Source: Pseudomonadota bacterium | Lineage (GTDB): Bacteria; Pseudomonadota; Alphaproteobacteria; Rhodobacterales; Rhodobacteraceae | NCBI GenBank assembly: GCA_038533575.1 | Contig: JBCAYL010000001.1 | Location: 274,226-338,225 of the forward strand | Reading direction: 5' to 3' | Length of the DNA stretch: 64,000 nt | Shown: positions 25,181-36,449 of the stretch, one piece after another | How the letters are laid out: every line of letters begins with the position of its first letter | How positions within the stretch are numbered: position 1 is the stretch's first letter | Translations under genes and position numbers: made by a program | Notes under the pieces: model-generated | What the model was told of the DNA's origin: nothing | Databases searched by the model: none | Seen by the model: only the letters and a program-made list of their open reading frames with translations

Positions 25181-25477
25181 TCAGCCGTCGTAGCCCTCGA
25201 CGATCACGAGGTCGGACGTGGCGATGGGATCGCGGATCGCCTTGGCGGCCTGGTAGCTCTCGGAGGCGAAACAGGCACGGGCGGCCTCGATGGTCGGAAA
25301 CTCGATCACGACGGTGCGGGGGCGCGCTGCGCCCTCGGGCACGTCCTGCGCCCCGGCGCGGACGAGGAAGCGCGCGCCGTATTCGGCGAAGGGGGCTGCG
25401 TTCGCGGCCTTGTAATGTTCGTAGGCGTCGGCGTCGTCCACGGTCACATGCGCGATCCAGTATCCCTTGGGCATCAC
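25181..25477 (-). CDS. DUF1330 domain protein
   Basis: 98 aa. MMPKGYWIAHVTVDDADAYEHYKAANAAPFAEYGARFLVRAG...VVIEFPTIEAARACFASESYQAA is a textbook DUF1330 (dimeric alpha-beta barrel) sequence. Confidence 0.8.
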   Translation of the reverse strand: MMPKGYWIAHVTVDDADAYEHYKAANAAPFAEYGARFLVRAGAQDVPEGAARPRTVVIEFPTIEAARACFASESYQAAKAIRDPIATSDLVIVEGYDG

Positions 25478-25935
25478 GTCCCGTCCTTGTTCGGCATACC
25501 GGGCAGCACGTTTGCCGCCAGCATCGCCGCACGGTTGGCCCCGATGCCAACGACGGAGGCCACGCGGTCCACCACGACCTCTTCGCGCTTGTCGCGCAGC
25601 CCGTCGGCCAAGAGCACCTCCCAGAGCGCCACGAACATTTGCTCGCGGTCTTCCTCCGACACCTCCTTGACGAGGATCTCGGAAAGCTCGCGGGTGGAAG
25701 GCATGGCTTCCTCGAGCTTTTCGCAGGACGCTCGGAATTTGGCAGCGTCGAGGGCCGAGAGCCCGTTGCGCTTGGCCAGGATGTAGTCGATCCGCTCAAG
25801 CTCCTGGTAGAGCAGGGCGTGATCGGCCTTGGCCACCCGCACCATCAGCGCGCCGAACGCATGCTCCGCATCTGCCTCCGGCAGCGGGGTCTCGTAAACC
25901 TCGGGTTTGAAGAGCTCGAAGAGACGTTCGAACAT
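25474..25935 (-). CDS. TerB family protein (second copy)
   Basis: 153 aa. FGALMVRVAKADHALLYQELERI and VALWEVLLADGLRDKREEVVVDRVASVVGI parallel the first TerB-like gene. Its start lies 2 nt after the pyrG stop. Confidence 0.7.
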   Translation of the reverse strand: MFERLFELFKPEVYETPLPEADAEHAFGALMVRVAKADHALLYQELERIDYILAKRNGLSALDAAKFRASCEKLEEAMPSTRELSEILVKEVSEEDREQMFVALWEVLLADGLRDKREEVVVDRVASVVGIGANRAAMLAANVLPGMPNKDGT

Positions 25936-25937
25936 GG

Positions 25938-27581
25938 CTAGACCAATCTGCTGGTGTCCTTCGCGGCGCGCACGAAATCCTTGAAAAGCGGGTGGGGCTC
26001 GAAGGGCTTGGACTTGAGCTCCGGGTGAAACTGAACGCCGATGAACCAGGGGTGGTCCTTCACCTCCACGATCTCGGGGAGGCGGCCGTCGGGCGACATG
26101 CCGGAGAAGCGCAAACCCTTGGCCTCGAGCTTCTCGCGGTACTCGATATCGACTTCATAGCGGTGGCGGTGCCGCTCCTCGATCGCGGTGGCGCCGTAGA
26201 CCTCGGCGACTTTCGATCCGTCGCTGAGGACGGCGTCATAGGCGCCGAGGCGCATGGTGCCGCCCTTGTCGTCGGTGACCTTGCGCGAGACTTTATGGTT
26301 GCCCTGCACCCATTCCTTGAGGTGGTAGACGACAGGCGTGAAACGCTTGGCGCCGGCTTCGTGATCGAATTCCTCCGAGCCCGCATCGCCCAGATCGGCG
26401 AGATTGCGCGCCGCCTCGATCACGGCCATCTGCATGCCCAGGCATATGCCCAGATACGGCACCTTCCGCTCGCGCGCGAACTGCGCGGCCTTGATCTTGC
26501 CCTCCGTGCCCCGCTCGCCAAACCCACCGGGGACGAGGATCGCGTGGAAGCCTTCGAGATGCGGCGCGGGATCTTCCCGCTCGAAGAGCTCCGCATCGAC
26601 CCATTCGACACTGACCTTCACCCGGTTCGCCATACCCCCGTGGGTCAGCGCCTCGGCGATGGATTTGTAGGCGTCCTCGAGCTGGGTGTACTTGCCCACG
26701 ATGGCGACCTTCACCTCGCCCTGCGGATTGTAGATCCGGTCGGCCACGTCTTCCCAGCGCCTGAGATCGGGGCGCGGCGCGGGCGCGATCTGGAAGGCAT
26801 CGAGCACGGCCTGGTCGAGCCCCTCGCGGTGGTAGGCGAGCGGTGCCTCGTAGATGGATTTCAGATCTTGCGCGGCGATGACGCTGTCGGCGCGCACGTT
26901 GCAAAAGAGCGCCAGCTTCTCCCGCTCCTTGGCCGGGATGGGGCCTTCCGAGCGGCAGACGAGGATGTCCGGCGCGAGGCCGATGGAGCGCAGCTCTTTC
27001 ACGCTGTGCTGCGTGGGTTTCGTCTTCAGCTCGCCGGAGGCCTTGATGTAGGGCAGGAGCGTGAGGTGCATAAAGATGCACTGGCCGCGCGGCTTGTCTT
27101 GGGCGAATTGGCGGATCGCCTCGAAGAAGGGCAGGCCTTCGATATCGCCCACCGTGCCGCCGATCTCGCAGAGCATGAAATCGACCTCGTCCTCGCCGAT
27201 GGAGATGAAGTCCTTGATCTCGTTTGTGACGTGGGGAATGACCTGGATGGTCTTGCCGAGGTAGTCGCCGCGGCGCTCCTTCTCGAGCACGTTGGAGTAG
27301 ATCCGGCCCGAGGACACGGAGTCCGTGCCGCGCGCATGGACGCCGGTGAACCGCTCGTAATGCCCGAGGTCGAGATCTGTCTCCGCGCCGTCATCCGTGA
27401 CGAAGACTTCGCCGTGCTCGAAAGGTGACATCGTACCGGGATCGACATTGAGATAAGGGTCGAGCTTGCGGAGGCGCACGGAATAGCCGCGGGCCTGCAA
27501 AAGCGCACCCAATGCGGCCGAAGCGAGCCCCTTCCCGAGGGAGGACACCACGCCGCCAGTAATGAAAATGAAACGTGCCAA
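25938..27581 (-). CDS. pyrG: CTP synthase
   Basis: 547 aa. [18 protein letters not shown] opening and GATase domain GICLGMQ. Confidence 0.97.
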   Translation of the reverse strand: MARFIFITGGVVSSLGKGLASAALGALLQARGYSVRLRKLDPYLNVDPGTMSPFEHGEVFVTDDGAETDLDLGHYERFTGVHARGTDSVSSGRIYSNVLEKERRGDYLGKTIQVIPHVTNEIKDFISIGEDEVDFMLCEIGGTVGDIEGLPFFEAIRQFAQDKPRGQCIFMHLTLLPYIKASGELKTKPTQHSVKELRSIGLAPDILVCRSEGPIPAKEREKLALFCNVRADSVIAAQDLKSIYEAPLAYHREGLDQAVLDAFQIAPAPRPDLRRWEDVADRIYNPQGEVKVAIVGKYTQLEDAYKSIAEALTHGGMANRVKVSVEWVDAELFEREDPAPHLEGFHAILVPGGFGERGTEGKIKAAQFARERKVPYLGICLGMQMAVIEAARNLADLGDAGSEEFDHEAGAKRFTPVVYHLKEWVQGNHKVSRKVTDDKGGTMRLGAYDAVLSDGSKVAEVYGATAIEERHRHRYEVDIEYREKLEAKGLRFSGMSPDGRLPEIVEVKDHPWFIGVQFHPELKSKPFEPHPLFKDFVRAAKDTSRLV

Positions 27582-27719
27582 GCCGGCTCCCCCGTCGTGT
27601 CTTGCGTGCTCGAATTCGCAGCACCACGGGATTTAAGCGTATAAGGATTCGCCCCACGCTGTCCATGGCTGCCAGCTAGATAAAGCGCGCCGAGGGCTCT
27701 CCGGCGCAACTTCTAGTGT

Positions 27720-28079
27720 TTACTCCGCCACCGGCAGGAGCGGCTCCTCGTCATCGAGAGAGGGCGGCAGCAGGTCTTCGCCCGCGGGCACGGTCGTTTC
27801 GGCCTCGCCCGGCGGCAGCAACGCGTCCCCGCCATCGAGCACCGAGGAGGAGCCTGCATTCTGCGCGGAGATGAGCGTGAGCGCGAGGGCCGCGGCCATG
27901 AAGGCCGTCCCAAGGATCCAGGTCAGCCGGGTGAGCGCGTTGCCTTGCCCACGGGCCTGGATGCCGCCGCCCGATCCGCCGCCGATCCCGAGACCGCCCC
28001 CCTCCGACCGCTGGAGCAGCACCACCGCGATGAGCGCGGCCGCGAGGAGCAGAAGGATGATCAGGACGACGTTTTGCAT
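27720..28079 (-). CDS. secG: preprotein translocase subunit SecG
   Basis: Start MQNVVLIILLLLAAALIAVVLLQRSEGGGLG at 28079, a typical SecG N-terminus, followed by a second TM segment. Extended Pro/Asp/Glu-rich tail. Confidence 0.8.
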   Translation of the reverse strand: MQNVVLIILLLLAAALIAVVLLQRSEGGGLGIGGGSGGGIQARGQGNALTRLTWILGTAFMAAALALTLISAQNAGSSSVLDGGDALLPPGEAETTVPAGEDLLPPSLDDEEPLLPVAE

Positions 28080-28138
28080 GGCATGGGCCTTTTGGCGGAA
28101 CGGGGCGTATCTAGAAGCGACTCGCTGCCCCCGCAACC

Positions 28139-28537
28139 CTACTCTTCGACATCGTCAACATCGGCCTGCCCCGAGAGCCTGCGCCGCACGATGGACCAGC
28201 TCAGCCCGATACCGAGGACCACGGACACCGCGAAGATTGCGAGCCAGAGGTTCACGCTCGGGTTCTCGAGGTTCACGAGGCCGAGGTCCACGGCGACCCA
28301 GATCAGCGCGCCCACCAGCGCCGCCACGAGGAGCATCCCAAAGCCTCCGATGGAGCGCAGCGTCGCCCGCAGGTAGATGACGTATCCCACGAAAAGCACG
28401 AGCCCCCCGAGCACAACGAAGGACGTGGCCTCGGCATAGTTGTCGAGCCCCAGGCGGACGAAATTGTAGGGCGTCGGATTGTAGGTGGCCGACAGCAGAA
28501 GGAATGCGAAGAGCCAGCGGATCAGGATACTTGCCAT
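28139..28537 (-). CDS. hypothetical integral membrane protein (4 predicted TM segments)
   Basis: 132 aa, hydrophobic throughout ([27 protein letters not shown]...), acidic C-terminal tail. Coding-like codon bias. Confidence 0.6.
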   Translation of the reverse strand: MASILIRWLFAFLLLSATYNPTPYNFVRLGLDNYAEATSFVVLGGLVLFVGYVIYLRATLRSIGGFGMLLVAALVGALIWVAVDLGLVNLENPSVNLWLAIFAVSVVLGIGLSWSIVRRRLSGQADVDDVEE

Positions 28538-28669
28538 GCCTCCCTTTCCCCGCCCGCGCCCGTGCCGTCAAGCGGCGGCGCCGGGCGGAAAGGCGGTCGC
28601 TGGGGCTTTCACCCTGAGCTTCGTTCCGCTAGGAGGCGCGCGGTTGAACGCAGAGCCGAGGGATCGAGC

Positions 28670-29962
<1,293 letters not shown>

Positions 29963-29970
29963 GGACGCCC

Positions 29971-30213
29971 ATGGCCCTGAGCCACAAAGCCAAGAAACGC
30001 TGGTCGTTGTTCATACTGATCTTCGCGCTGCCCGCCTACATCGTGGTGGCGGTGACGATCATGAGCTATTTCCGCGTGTGGTTCGGGATGCAGCCGCCGA
30101 TCCTGCTTGAGCTTGCCATCTACGTGGCGCTCGGCGTCCTCTGGGCGATCCCGCTCAAAAAGGTCTTTCTCGGCGTGGGTCAGCCGGACCCAGACGCGCC
30201 CCCCGAGCAATAG
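29971..30213 (+). CDS. small membrane protein (DUF2842-like)
   Basis: ATG 29971. 80 aa with two TM helices (KKRWSLFILIFALPAYIVVAVTIM...LELAIYVALGVLWAIPL). The rest of track ORF 29698..30213 overlaps purA out of frame. Confidence 0.6.
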   Translation: MALSHKAKKRWSLFILIFALPAYIVVAVTIMSYFRVWFGMQPPILLELAIYVALGVLWAIPLKKVFLGVGQPDPDAPPEQ

Positions 30214-30235
30214 AAGCGCAGAGTAGAACGCGAAA

Positions 30236-30271
30236 CGCCCGCACGGAGGATCCGCGCGGGCGCTTGCTTTT
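30236..30271. terminator. bidirectional intrinsic terminator
   Basis: CGCCCGCACGGA / TCCGCGCGGGCG stem (one mismatch), GGA loop, then CTTGCTTTT. It sits between convergent genes. Confidence 0.6.
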
Positions 30272-30283
30272 CAGGCGTAAGGC

Positions 30284-33007
30284 TCAGCCCGCGGCGCGGA
30301 GCTCGCGTGCCTCCGGCTGGTAGCGCGTGCTTTCCGTGATCTGGAACTGGCCGCCGCGGATCTTTTCGAGCCGCCCCTGGCGCAGGAGCGTGCCGAAGGC
30401 GCGCAGGCCGTCCTCGCGGGTGAAGCTGCCCTGCGGCATGGCCTGCTGCACGGCACGCATGACCTGCGGGCGGGAGAAAACCTCGGCCCCCTCCACATGC
30501 GTCAGGTAGGCGGCGGCGGCCTCCAGCACATCGGGCAGACCATCGGCGCCGGCCTGTTGCGCGAAGGCGCTGAACGCACCCGGGGCCGGCTGGGCCGGGC
30601 TTGCCGGGGCCGGCGTCGTTGCCACGCGGCGTGGGCGCACGGGCTCTGCCGCGGCGGCATCGGCGTCGGTGTCATGGCCTGTGTCGACGCGCTGGGAGGC
30701 CACGAGCTTCAGCGGTGCGGGGCTCGGACGCTCCGTCCGGGCGCCCTTGTCTGAGGTGGACGCGCGGCGGGGACGCACGACCTCGGCGAGATCGGCGCGG
30801 TAATCGCCCTCGCGCTCCGCGTCGGTCACGTGCTCCGCCTCTCCCATGGAGCGCGCGGCCTGCTTGGCGGCCACGGCGGCCTTCAGGTGCGAATAGGCTT
30901 CGCGGCGGGTGCGGGTCTCCGGCTCATCGAGCTTGGCGTCCGCTTCGTCCATGAGGCGCGACACGGTGCTGTCGCTGTCCGGGAAGGCGGCGTCGACGTC
31001 ATCTTCTTCCTCGTCCGCGCTCGCGGTCTCCGCGGCCGCCATCAGCGCCTCGTCGGTCTCGAGCTCATCGGACTGGGCGTCGACCTCTTCGGCCTCGGCT
31101 GTGATGTCTTCGTCTTCATCTTCGTCGGCTTTAGCGACCGGTGCGTCTTCGCCCGTGTCCGTTTCCGCGTCAGTTTCCATATCGGTGCCGGCCTCTGCCT
31201 CTGCGGCAGCGAGCTCGGCCATGAGGTCCGCTTCGTCCTCTTCGCTGAGCGAGCTTTCGATTTCCTCGGTCGTCTCGTCGACGCCCTCGATCTCCGCGTT
31301 CGCGATGAAGGCGGATACGTCGTCTTCGTCATCCTCTTCGACGGCGTCGTGTGCCTCCGCCGTCTCGGCCCGGGCCGCAGCCATCGCCGCCTCGAAATCC
31401 GCGCGCTTCATCTTGAGCACGCGGTGCGTGGCGGGGGCGTCGCTCTCGATGTCGTCGGACGCGTCGGTCTGATCCTCAGCGAGGGCCACCTCTTCCTGCG
31501 CGGCGTTGCCGTCTTCGGAGACGACCGCGTCTTCCGGGGCGTCCGTCTCGGCGGCCGCGGCGCGCTCCTGGGCGCGGGTCTGCATCTGAGCGAAGACGCT
31601 GTCGATCGTGGAGCTCTCGTCTCCGCCGGTCTCGGCGTGCTCGTCTTCCATGTAGGTCTCGCGCGCTTCGTCGGCGCGGCCGGCCATGCGGCGTGCGATG
31701 GCCGCGGCGCCCGTGCCGGTCGCGGCAGAGGTCACCACGGCCTGGATGCGGCGGAGCTTTGCGGCGAGGCTGTTCGGCGCGGGCTCCTCTTCAGGCTGCT
31801 CTTGCGCGGCCACGGCGTCGTCTTCGGCCACAGCATCGCTCGTGGCGACTTCCTCGGCTTCGTTTTCGTCGCGGGCCGCGATGTCGGAGATCTCATCTTC
31901 GTCTTCGTCCTCGGCGGCTTCAGCAGCTTCGGGCGCGTCGTCCTCTTCGATCTCGGCCGTGTCCGCGGCGATCTCCTCATCGTCGTGGGCGACCTCCTCG
32001 GTATCGTCCTCGGCCATGTCGGCCTCGGGCAGAGGGGTCTCTTCGGTCTCTGCAGCCTCGGGCGCGGCGAACTCTTCCGTCACCTCATCCGCGTCGTCCG
32101 ACGCTTCGACGGCCTCGCCTTCACCCTCGGCGACCTCTTCGAGGTCGTCTATGGACGGAACGTCGTCCAGAGCCTCTTCCTCGGCTGTCTCGGTCTCGGT
32201 TTCGTCTGCCGCGAGGGCTTCTGCAGCTTCGTCTTCCATGTCGAAGGTCTCTTCAGAGGCGTCGGCGGCATCAATCTCGTCGATATCTGCGTCGGGTGCG
32301 TCTTCGATCTCGGCGGCTTCGGCAACCTCGATCTCGCCCTCTTCGATTTCGAGCGTCTCTGCCTCTTCAGCAGCCCCATCCGCCTCGGCCTCGTCCTCGG
32401 CCTGAGCGTCGTCTTCTTCCTCTCCGATTGCCTCGACCGTGTCGGACTCCGCGGAAGAACCCTCGTCCGCGTCTGCGACGATCTCGGGCTCTTCCACGTC
32501 GTCCGTCCCGGCGAGCTCTTCCTCGGCATCCATCACGCCGGCAGTTTCGGCCTCCGCTTCGAAGACGGCCTCTTCGGTGACCTCGGCGGGTGCTTCGGCT
32601 GCGATCTCCGGCGCTGCAATCGGCGCGGCGGCCTCTGCCGTTTCGGGCTCGGCGGCGGCTGCCGGTGCGGCCTCGGTCTCCTGCGCTTCCGCTTCGGCGG
32701 GAGCTGGTGTGGGCTCAGGCTGGGGCGCGGGCTCCGGCGAGGGTTCCGGCGCGGCCGTGGGCTGAATGAGGACCTTGCCGCCTTCGGCACGGGCTTGCAC
32801 GCCACGGGCCAGTTCGCGCTCGGCGATGCGGGCCAGGACCTCTGCATCCGGCTGCGGCGGTTCGGCGCCGAAGTAGCGATCCTCCGCTGCGAGATCGCGG
32901 AAATACTCGGCGATCGCTTTCATGGTGTCGAAGCTGTCGTCAAACCCTTCAAGGGTGCACGAGAACGTCCCGTAGGACACCGTCAGAACTTTGCTGTTAC
33001 CAACCAT
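30284..33007 (-). CDS. very large polyacidic low-complexity protein with short structured-looking termini (function unknown)
   Basis: 907-aa ORF. N-terminus [51 protein letters not shown]. The centre is almost exclusively E/D/A/T/V/I. C-terminal ...[59 protein letters not shown]. The strongly purine-rich coding strand gives a long antisense shadow ORF. Confidence 0.75.
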   Translation of the reverse strand: MVGNSKVLTVSYGTFSCTLEGFDDSFDTMKAIAEYFRDLAAEDRYFGAEPPQPDAEVLARIAERELARGVQARAEGGKVLIQPTAAPEPSPEPAPQPEPTPAPAEAEAQETEAAPAAAAEPETAEAAAPIAAPEIAAEAPAEVTEEAVFEAEAETAGVMDAEEELAGTDDVEEPEIVADADEGSSAESDTVEAIGEEEDDAQAEDEAEADGAAEEAETLEIEEGEIEVAEAAEIEDAPDADIDEIDAADASEETFDMEDEAAEALAADETETETAEEEALDDVPSIDDLEEVAEGEGEAVEASDDADEVTEEFAAPEAAETEETPLPEADMAEDDTEEVAHDDEEIAADTAEIEEDDAPEAAEAAEDEDEDEISDIAARDENEAEEVATSDAVAEDDAVAAQEQPEEEPAPNSLAAKLRRIQAVVTSAATGTGAAAIARRMAGRADEARETYMEDEHAETGGDESSTIDSVFAQMQTRAQERAAAAETDAPEDAVVSEDGNAAQEEVALAEDQTDASDDIESDAPATHRVLKMKRADFEAAMAAARAETAEAHDAVEEDDEDDVSAFIANAEIEGVDETTEEIESSLSEEDEADLMAELAAAEAEAGTDMETDAETDTGEDAPVAKADEDEDEDITAEAEEVDAQSDELETDEALMAAAETASADEEEDDVDAAFPDSDSTVSRLMDEADAKLDEPETRTRREAYSHLKAAVAAKQAARSMGEAEHVTDAEREGDYRADLAEVVRPRRASTSDKGARTERPSPAPLKLVASQRVDTGHDTDADAAAAEPVRPRRVATTPAPASPAQPAPGAFSAFAQQAGADGLPDVLEAAAAYLTHVEGAEVFSRPQVMRAVQQAMPQGSFTREDGLRAFGTLLRQGRLEKIRGGQFQITESTRYQPEARELRAAG

Positions 33008-33152
33008 GGCGATTGCTCACTTATCTATTTGCCACTCGATTAAGCGGCAATTTACCAGTCCGTGCGCCGTCCATTGGACCGCAACAGGGGATTTTGTCGT
33101 GTATTTTCATGGCGCCTTTGTGGTCATCTCCCTCAAATTACAGGATTCGCCT

Positions 33153-33803
33153 ATGTTTCGCCCCATTCAATCGCCCGAAAGGCCGGTGACGCTGCTGGGC
33201 GGGGGCGAGGCTACGGGGAGCTTGGTTAACACGGCGTTGACGTTTGCGCCCCTCCTTGTGGCCGCCGATGGGGGTGCGCGTTTGGCGCGGCAGGGCGGGC
33301 ACAAGCTGCGCGCCGTGATCGGTGATTTCGACAGCCTCGACGCCGAGGATCTGGGCAACGCAGAGCGCCTGCACCGCCCCGATCAGAACAGCACGGATTT
33401 CGAAAAGTGTCTCGCTGCCGTGGAGGCGCCGCTCTTTCTCGGGGTCGGGTTTCTCGGGGGGCGGCTCGACCATCAGCTCGCGGCCTTTTCCGCGCTCCTG
33501 AAAGAGCCGCGCCCGGTGGTGCTCCTGTCGAAGACCGAGATTGCATTTCTGGCACCGCGTACCTTCACCCTTGATCTGAAGGAAGGCACGCCCGTGGCGC
33601 TCTATCCGCTCCTGCCTGCGCGACTCACGACCACGGGGCTGCGCTACCCCCTCGACGATGCGCCCGTGTCGCCTGACGGCATGACATCCACATCCAACAC
33701 CGCGCTGGGCGGGCCCCTTACCGTGCGCGTGGATCGCCGCTCAGTATTGGTGATGCTTCCGCTTGCGGCGCTGGGGCAGGTGTGCGCCGCTCTCGCAGGA
33801 TGA
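33153..33803 (+). CDS. thiamine diphosphokinase (thiamine pyrophosphokinase)
   Basis: ATG 33153. VAADGGA...VIGDFDS...NSTDFEKCL...GGRLDHQLA are the TPK catalytic-domain blocks. 216 aa. Confidence 0.8.
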   Translation: MFRPIQSPERPVTLLGGGEATGSLVNTALTFAPLLVAADGGARLARQGGHKLRAVIGDFDSLDAEDLGNAERLHRPDQNSTDFEKCLAAVEAPLFLGVGFLGGRLDHQLAAFSALLKEPRPVVLLSKTEIAFLAPRTFTLDLKEGTPVALYPLLPARLTTTGLRYPLDDAPVSPDGMTSTSNTALGGPLTVRVDRRSVLVMLPLAALGQVCAALAG

Positions 33804-34662
33804 TGTAGAGCCCCGCGGCCATGGTGATCGCGATGCCGAGGGCCGCGAGCCCGTCAGGCAGGTCGCGGAAGACGATGTAGCCCACCGCCGTGGCGAAAGG
33901 GATCTCGAGATACTGCATGGGCGCGAGCGTGGCCGAGGGCGCGAATTTGAGCGACCACGTCATCAGGAGATGCGCCGCCGTGCCGATGAGCGCCATGCCC
34001 GCGAGCATCGCCGCTTCCGCGCCCGTGACAGGCGAGACGCGCAGGTCGGACCAGCCGAGTTGCGACCCGACCATGAGAAGCGGCCCGAGGATGGCGCACG
34101 CGATGAGACCGGACAGGGCCTGCATCGCGATAGGCTCCACCGCTTTGGCGATCTGCCGGGTCACCAGCATGAAGAGCGAAAAGAGGACGGCCACCCCGAG
34201 CGGCAGGAGCGCCGCCGCGCCCACCTCCTCGAAGCTCGGCTGGATGACCATGAGCGTTCCGCCAAAGCCCACGACGCAGGCCCCGATGCGCCGCGCGCCG
34301 ACCTCTTCGCCGAGGAACCAGTGTCCGAGGAGGAGCATGATGAAAGGCATCACGAAGGCGATGGCCACGGCATCGGCGAGGGGCAGATAGCGAAGCGCTG
34401 TGATCATCGTCGCGAGGCCACCGATATATAAAAGCGTCCTCAACACGATGGCACCGATGTAGCGGCGTTCGGGCCAGAAGCGCGGCTCGAGCGCACGGCT
34501 GAGCGGCACGAGGAGCACGCCTTGCGTGGCCACCCGCACGAAGACGATGAGCATGACCGGCAGCGTGGCGCCAAGGATCTTCGCGAGGGCGTCGCTCACC
34601 GGGATGAGCACGCAAAAGCCCAGCATGAGAAGGACGCCGAGGAAGGGACGATCACCAGCCAT
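33718..34662 (-). CDS. DMT superfamily (EamA-like) transporter
   Basis: 314 aa with ~10 hydrophobic segments and a duplicated EamA-type pattern. The 3' end overlaps the convergent TPK gene by 86 nt. Confidence 0.85.
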   Translation of the reverse strand: MAGDRPFLGVLLMLGFCVLIPVSDALAKILGATLPVMLIVFVRVATQGVLLVPLSRALEPRFWPERRYIGAIVLRTLLYIGGLATMITALRYLPLADAVAIAFVMPFIMLLLGHWFLGEEVGARRIGACVVGFGGTLMVIQPSFEEVGAAALLPLGVAVLFSLFMLVTRQIAKAVEPIAMQALSGLIACAILGPLLMVGSQLGWSDLRVSPVTGAEAAMLAGMALIGTAAHLLMTWSLKFAPSATLAPMQYLEIPFATAVGYIVFRDLPDGLAALGIAITMAAGLYIILRERRTPAPAPQAEASPILSGDPRAR

Positions 34663-34707
34663 GGGCTGACGCTACGCCCCGATGCCCTCGATGACCAGCG
34701 GGGTCGT

Positions 34708-36078
34708 TCAGCAGTTCGGGACGTTCACGGCGAGGCCGCCGAGCGAGGTCTCCTTGTATTTCTCGCTCATGTCCCGCCCGGTCTGGCGCATGGTCTCGAT
34801 GGCCGCGTCGAGCGGCACGAGGTGCGATCCATCCCCGCGGAGCGCGAGCGAGGCGGCGGAGACGGCCTTGATGCAGCCCAGGCCGTTGCGTTCGATGCAC
34901 GGCACCTGCACGAGGCCTTTCACCGGGTCGCAGGTCATGCCGAGATGATGCTCGAGCGCGATCTCGGCGGCGTTCTCCACCTGGGCGGGGCTACCGCCGA
35001 GGACTGCGCAGAGCCCGGCGGCGGCCATGGCGGCGGCGGAGCCCACTTCGGCCTGGCATCCCGCCTCTGCTCCGGAGATCGACGCGTTCATCTTCACGAT
35101 GCCGCCGATCGCGGCGGCGGTCAGGAGAAAGTCGGGCAACTTCGAGGGGGCGGCGCCCGGCACGTGGTCGAGCCAATAGCGGATCGTGGCGGGCACGACC
35201 CCGGCCGCGCCGTTCGTCGGGGCGGTGACCACTTGCCCCCCGGCTGCGTTCTCCTCGTTCACGGCCATGGCGTAGACGGTCATCCAGTCATTGATCGTGT
35301 GCGGGGCAGAGAGGTTCATGCCGCGCTCGGAGAGGAGCTTTTCATGGATGCCGCGGGCCCGACGTTTGACGCCCAGCCCGCCGGGAAGAATGCCCTCGGA
35401 GGCGAGCCCGCGATCGATGCAGGCATTCATCACCTCCCAGATGCGCGCGAGCCCTGCGTCGAGCGCGAGTGGGCCCATCCGGGAGAGTTCGTTTGCTCGC
35501 TTGAGGCCGGCGATGCTGCGGCCACTTTCGGCGCACATCTCGAGCATTTCCGCCGCGGTGGCGAAGGGGTAGGGGACCGGTGGACCGTCATCTTCCGCGG
35601 GCGCGTCGTGCTCCGCCTCCGTGACGACGAAACCGCCGCCGATGGAATAGTAGGTCTCCTGAAAGATCACGTCGCCCTGGCCATCGGTGGCCATGAGCAC
35701 GAGACCATTCGCATGGCCGTGCAGGGGCGGCCCGTAGTCGAAGGCGAGGTCTTCTTTCGGATCGAAGCGCAGGGGCGGGAGGTCGGGCGGTGAAACGTGA
35801 CCCGTCGCCTTGATCTCCGACAGCGTCTTTTCGGCCTTGTCGGCGTCGAAGGTGGCTGGTTCGAAGCCAGCAAGCCCGAGGATGACGGCGCGGTCCGTGG
35901 CGTGCCCGACACCCGTGAAGGCAAGCGAGCCGTGGAGGCGTGCCCGGAGGCCCGCGGGCTGGAACGGGCTGGCGCGCAGGGCCTCGAGAAACCGCGCGGC
36001 GGCCACCATGGGCCCCATCGTGTGCGAGGAGGAGGGGCCAATGCCGATTTTGAAAAGCTCGAAGACCGAGAGGAACAT
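34708..36078 (-). CDS. sdaA: L-serine ammonia-lyase (iron-sulfur dependent)
   Basis: Start [23 protein letters not shown] at 36078, the signature N-terminus of SdaA. ~456 aa. Confidence 0.95.
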   Translation of the reverse strand: MFLSVFELFKIGIGPSSSHTMGPMVAAARFLEALRASPFQPAGLRARLHGSLAFTGVGHATDRAVILGLAGFEPATFDADKAEKTLSEIKATGHVSPPDLPPLRFDPKEDLAFDYGPPLHGHANGLVLMATDGQGDVIFQETYYSIGGGFVVTEAEHDAPAEDDGPPVPYPFATAAEMLEMCAESGRSIAGLKRANELSRMGPLALDAGLARIWEVMNACIDRGLASEGILPGGLGVKRRARGIHEKLLSERGMNLSAPHTINDWMTVYAMAVNEENAAGGQVVTAPTNGAAGVVPATIRYWLDHVPGAAPSKLPDFLLTAAAIGGIVKMNASISGAEAGCQAEVGSAAAMAAAGLCAVLGGSPAQVENAAEIALEHHLGMTCDPVKGLVQVPCIERNGLGCIKAVSAASLALRGDGSHLVPLDAAIETMRQTGRDMSEKYKETSLGGLAVNVPNC

Positions 36079-36449
36079 ATCCCGTGACTTAGGCCGCGCA
36101 GCGGTCGATCCCCAGCTCAAAAGCGACGCTTGATGCGCCGGTTTGGGACTCGGTGCGCCTACACCGGGGCTGACGGGTGCGCGTCATGTCGACGTGGCCA
36201 GGGTAATATCCAGGGAGGATGGTGTGAACGCCCCGAAACCAAGCCATCGAAGGCGAAACCAATACGTCATCAAATAACTGAGGCGTTCACCCGGCAAAGA
36301 TCACCCATGCCCTCCATTGCCACAAGTCGGGATTTCCCCACCGTCACTTTGCAAAAAGCCGAAATGCCCGGGCGTGCGGCTCCCCCTTACGTCGGCCCGC
36401 GCTTGCGCCTATAGACGGGCCATGTCGGCGAAGAAGGGCGGAGACAGGG

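Noticed and set aside
30830-33043. 737-aa plus-strand ORF (and several 100-300-aa ORFs on both strands) overlapping the acidic protein gene
   Set aside because: Its composition (G/R/L/V/F runs) is the reverse-complement image of GAR/GCN codons. The minus-strand ORF has sensible N- and C-terminal domains and uses the 30236-30271 terminator. Treated as a shadow ORF.
33718-33803. 86-nt convergent overlap between the thiamine pyrophosphokinase and DMT transporter genes
   Set aside because: This is probably just non-conserved C-terminal tails running to the first available stop in high-GC DNA. There is no evidence of functional antisense regulation.
36130-36414. 94-codon ORF in the sdaA/rpiA divergent region
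   Set aside because: It has a TTG start, mixed codon bias, Cys/Arg-rich low-plausibility sequence and no RBS. The region is treated as regulatory or non-coding.
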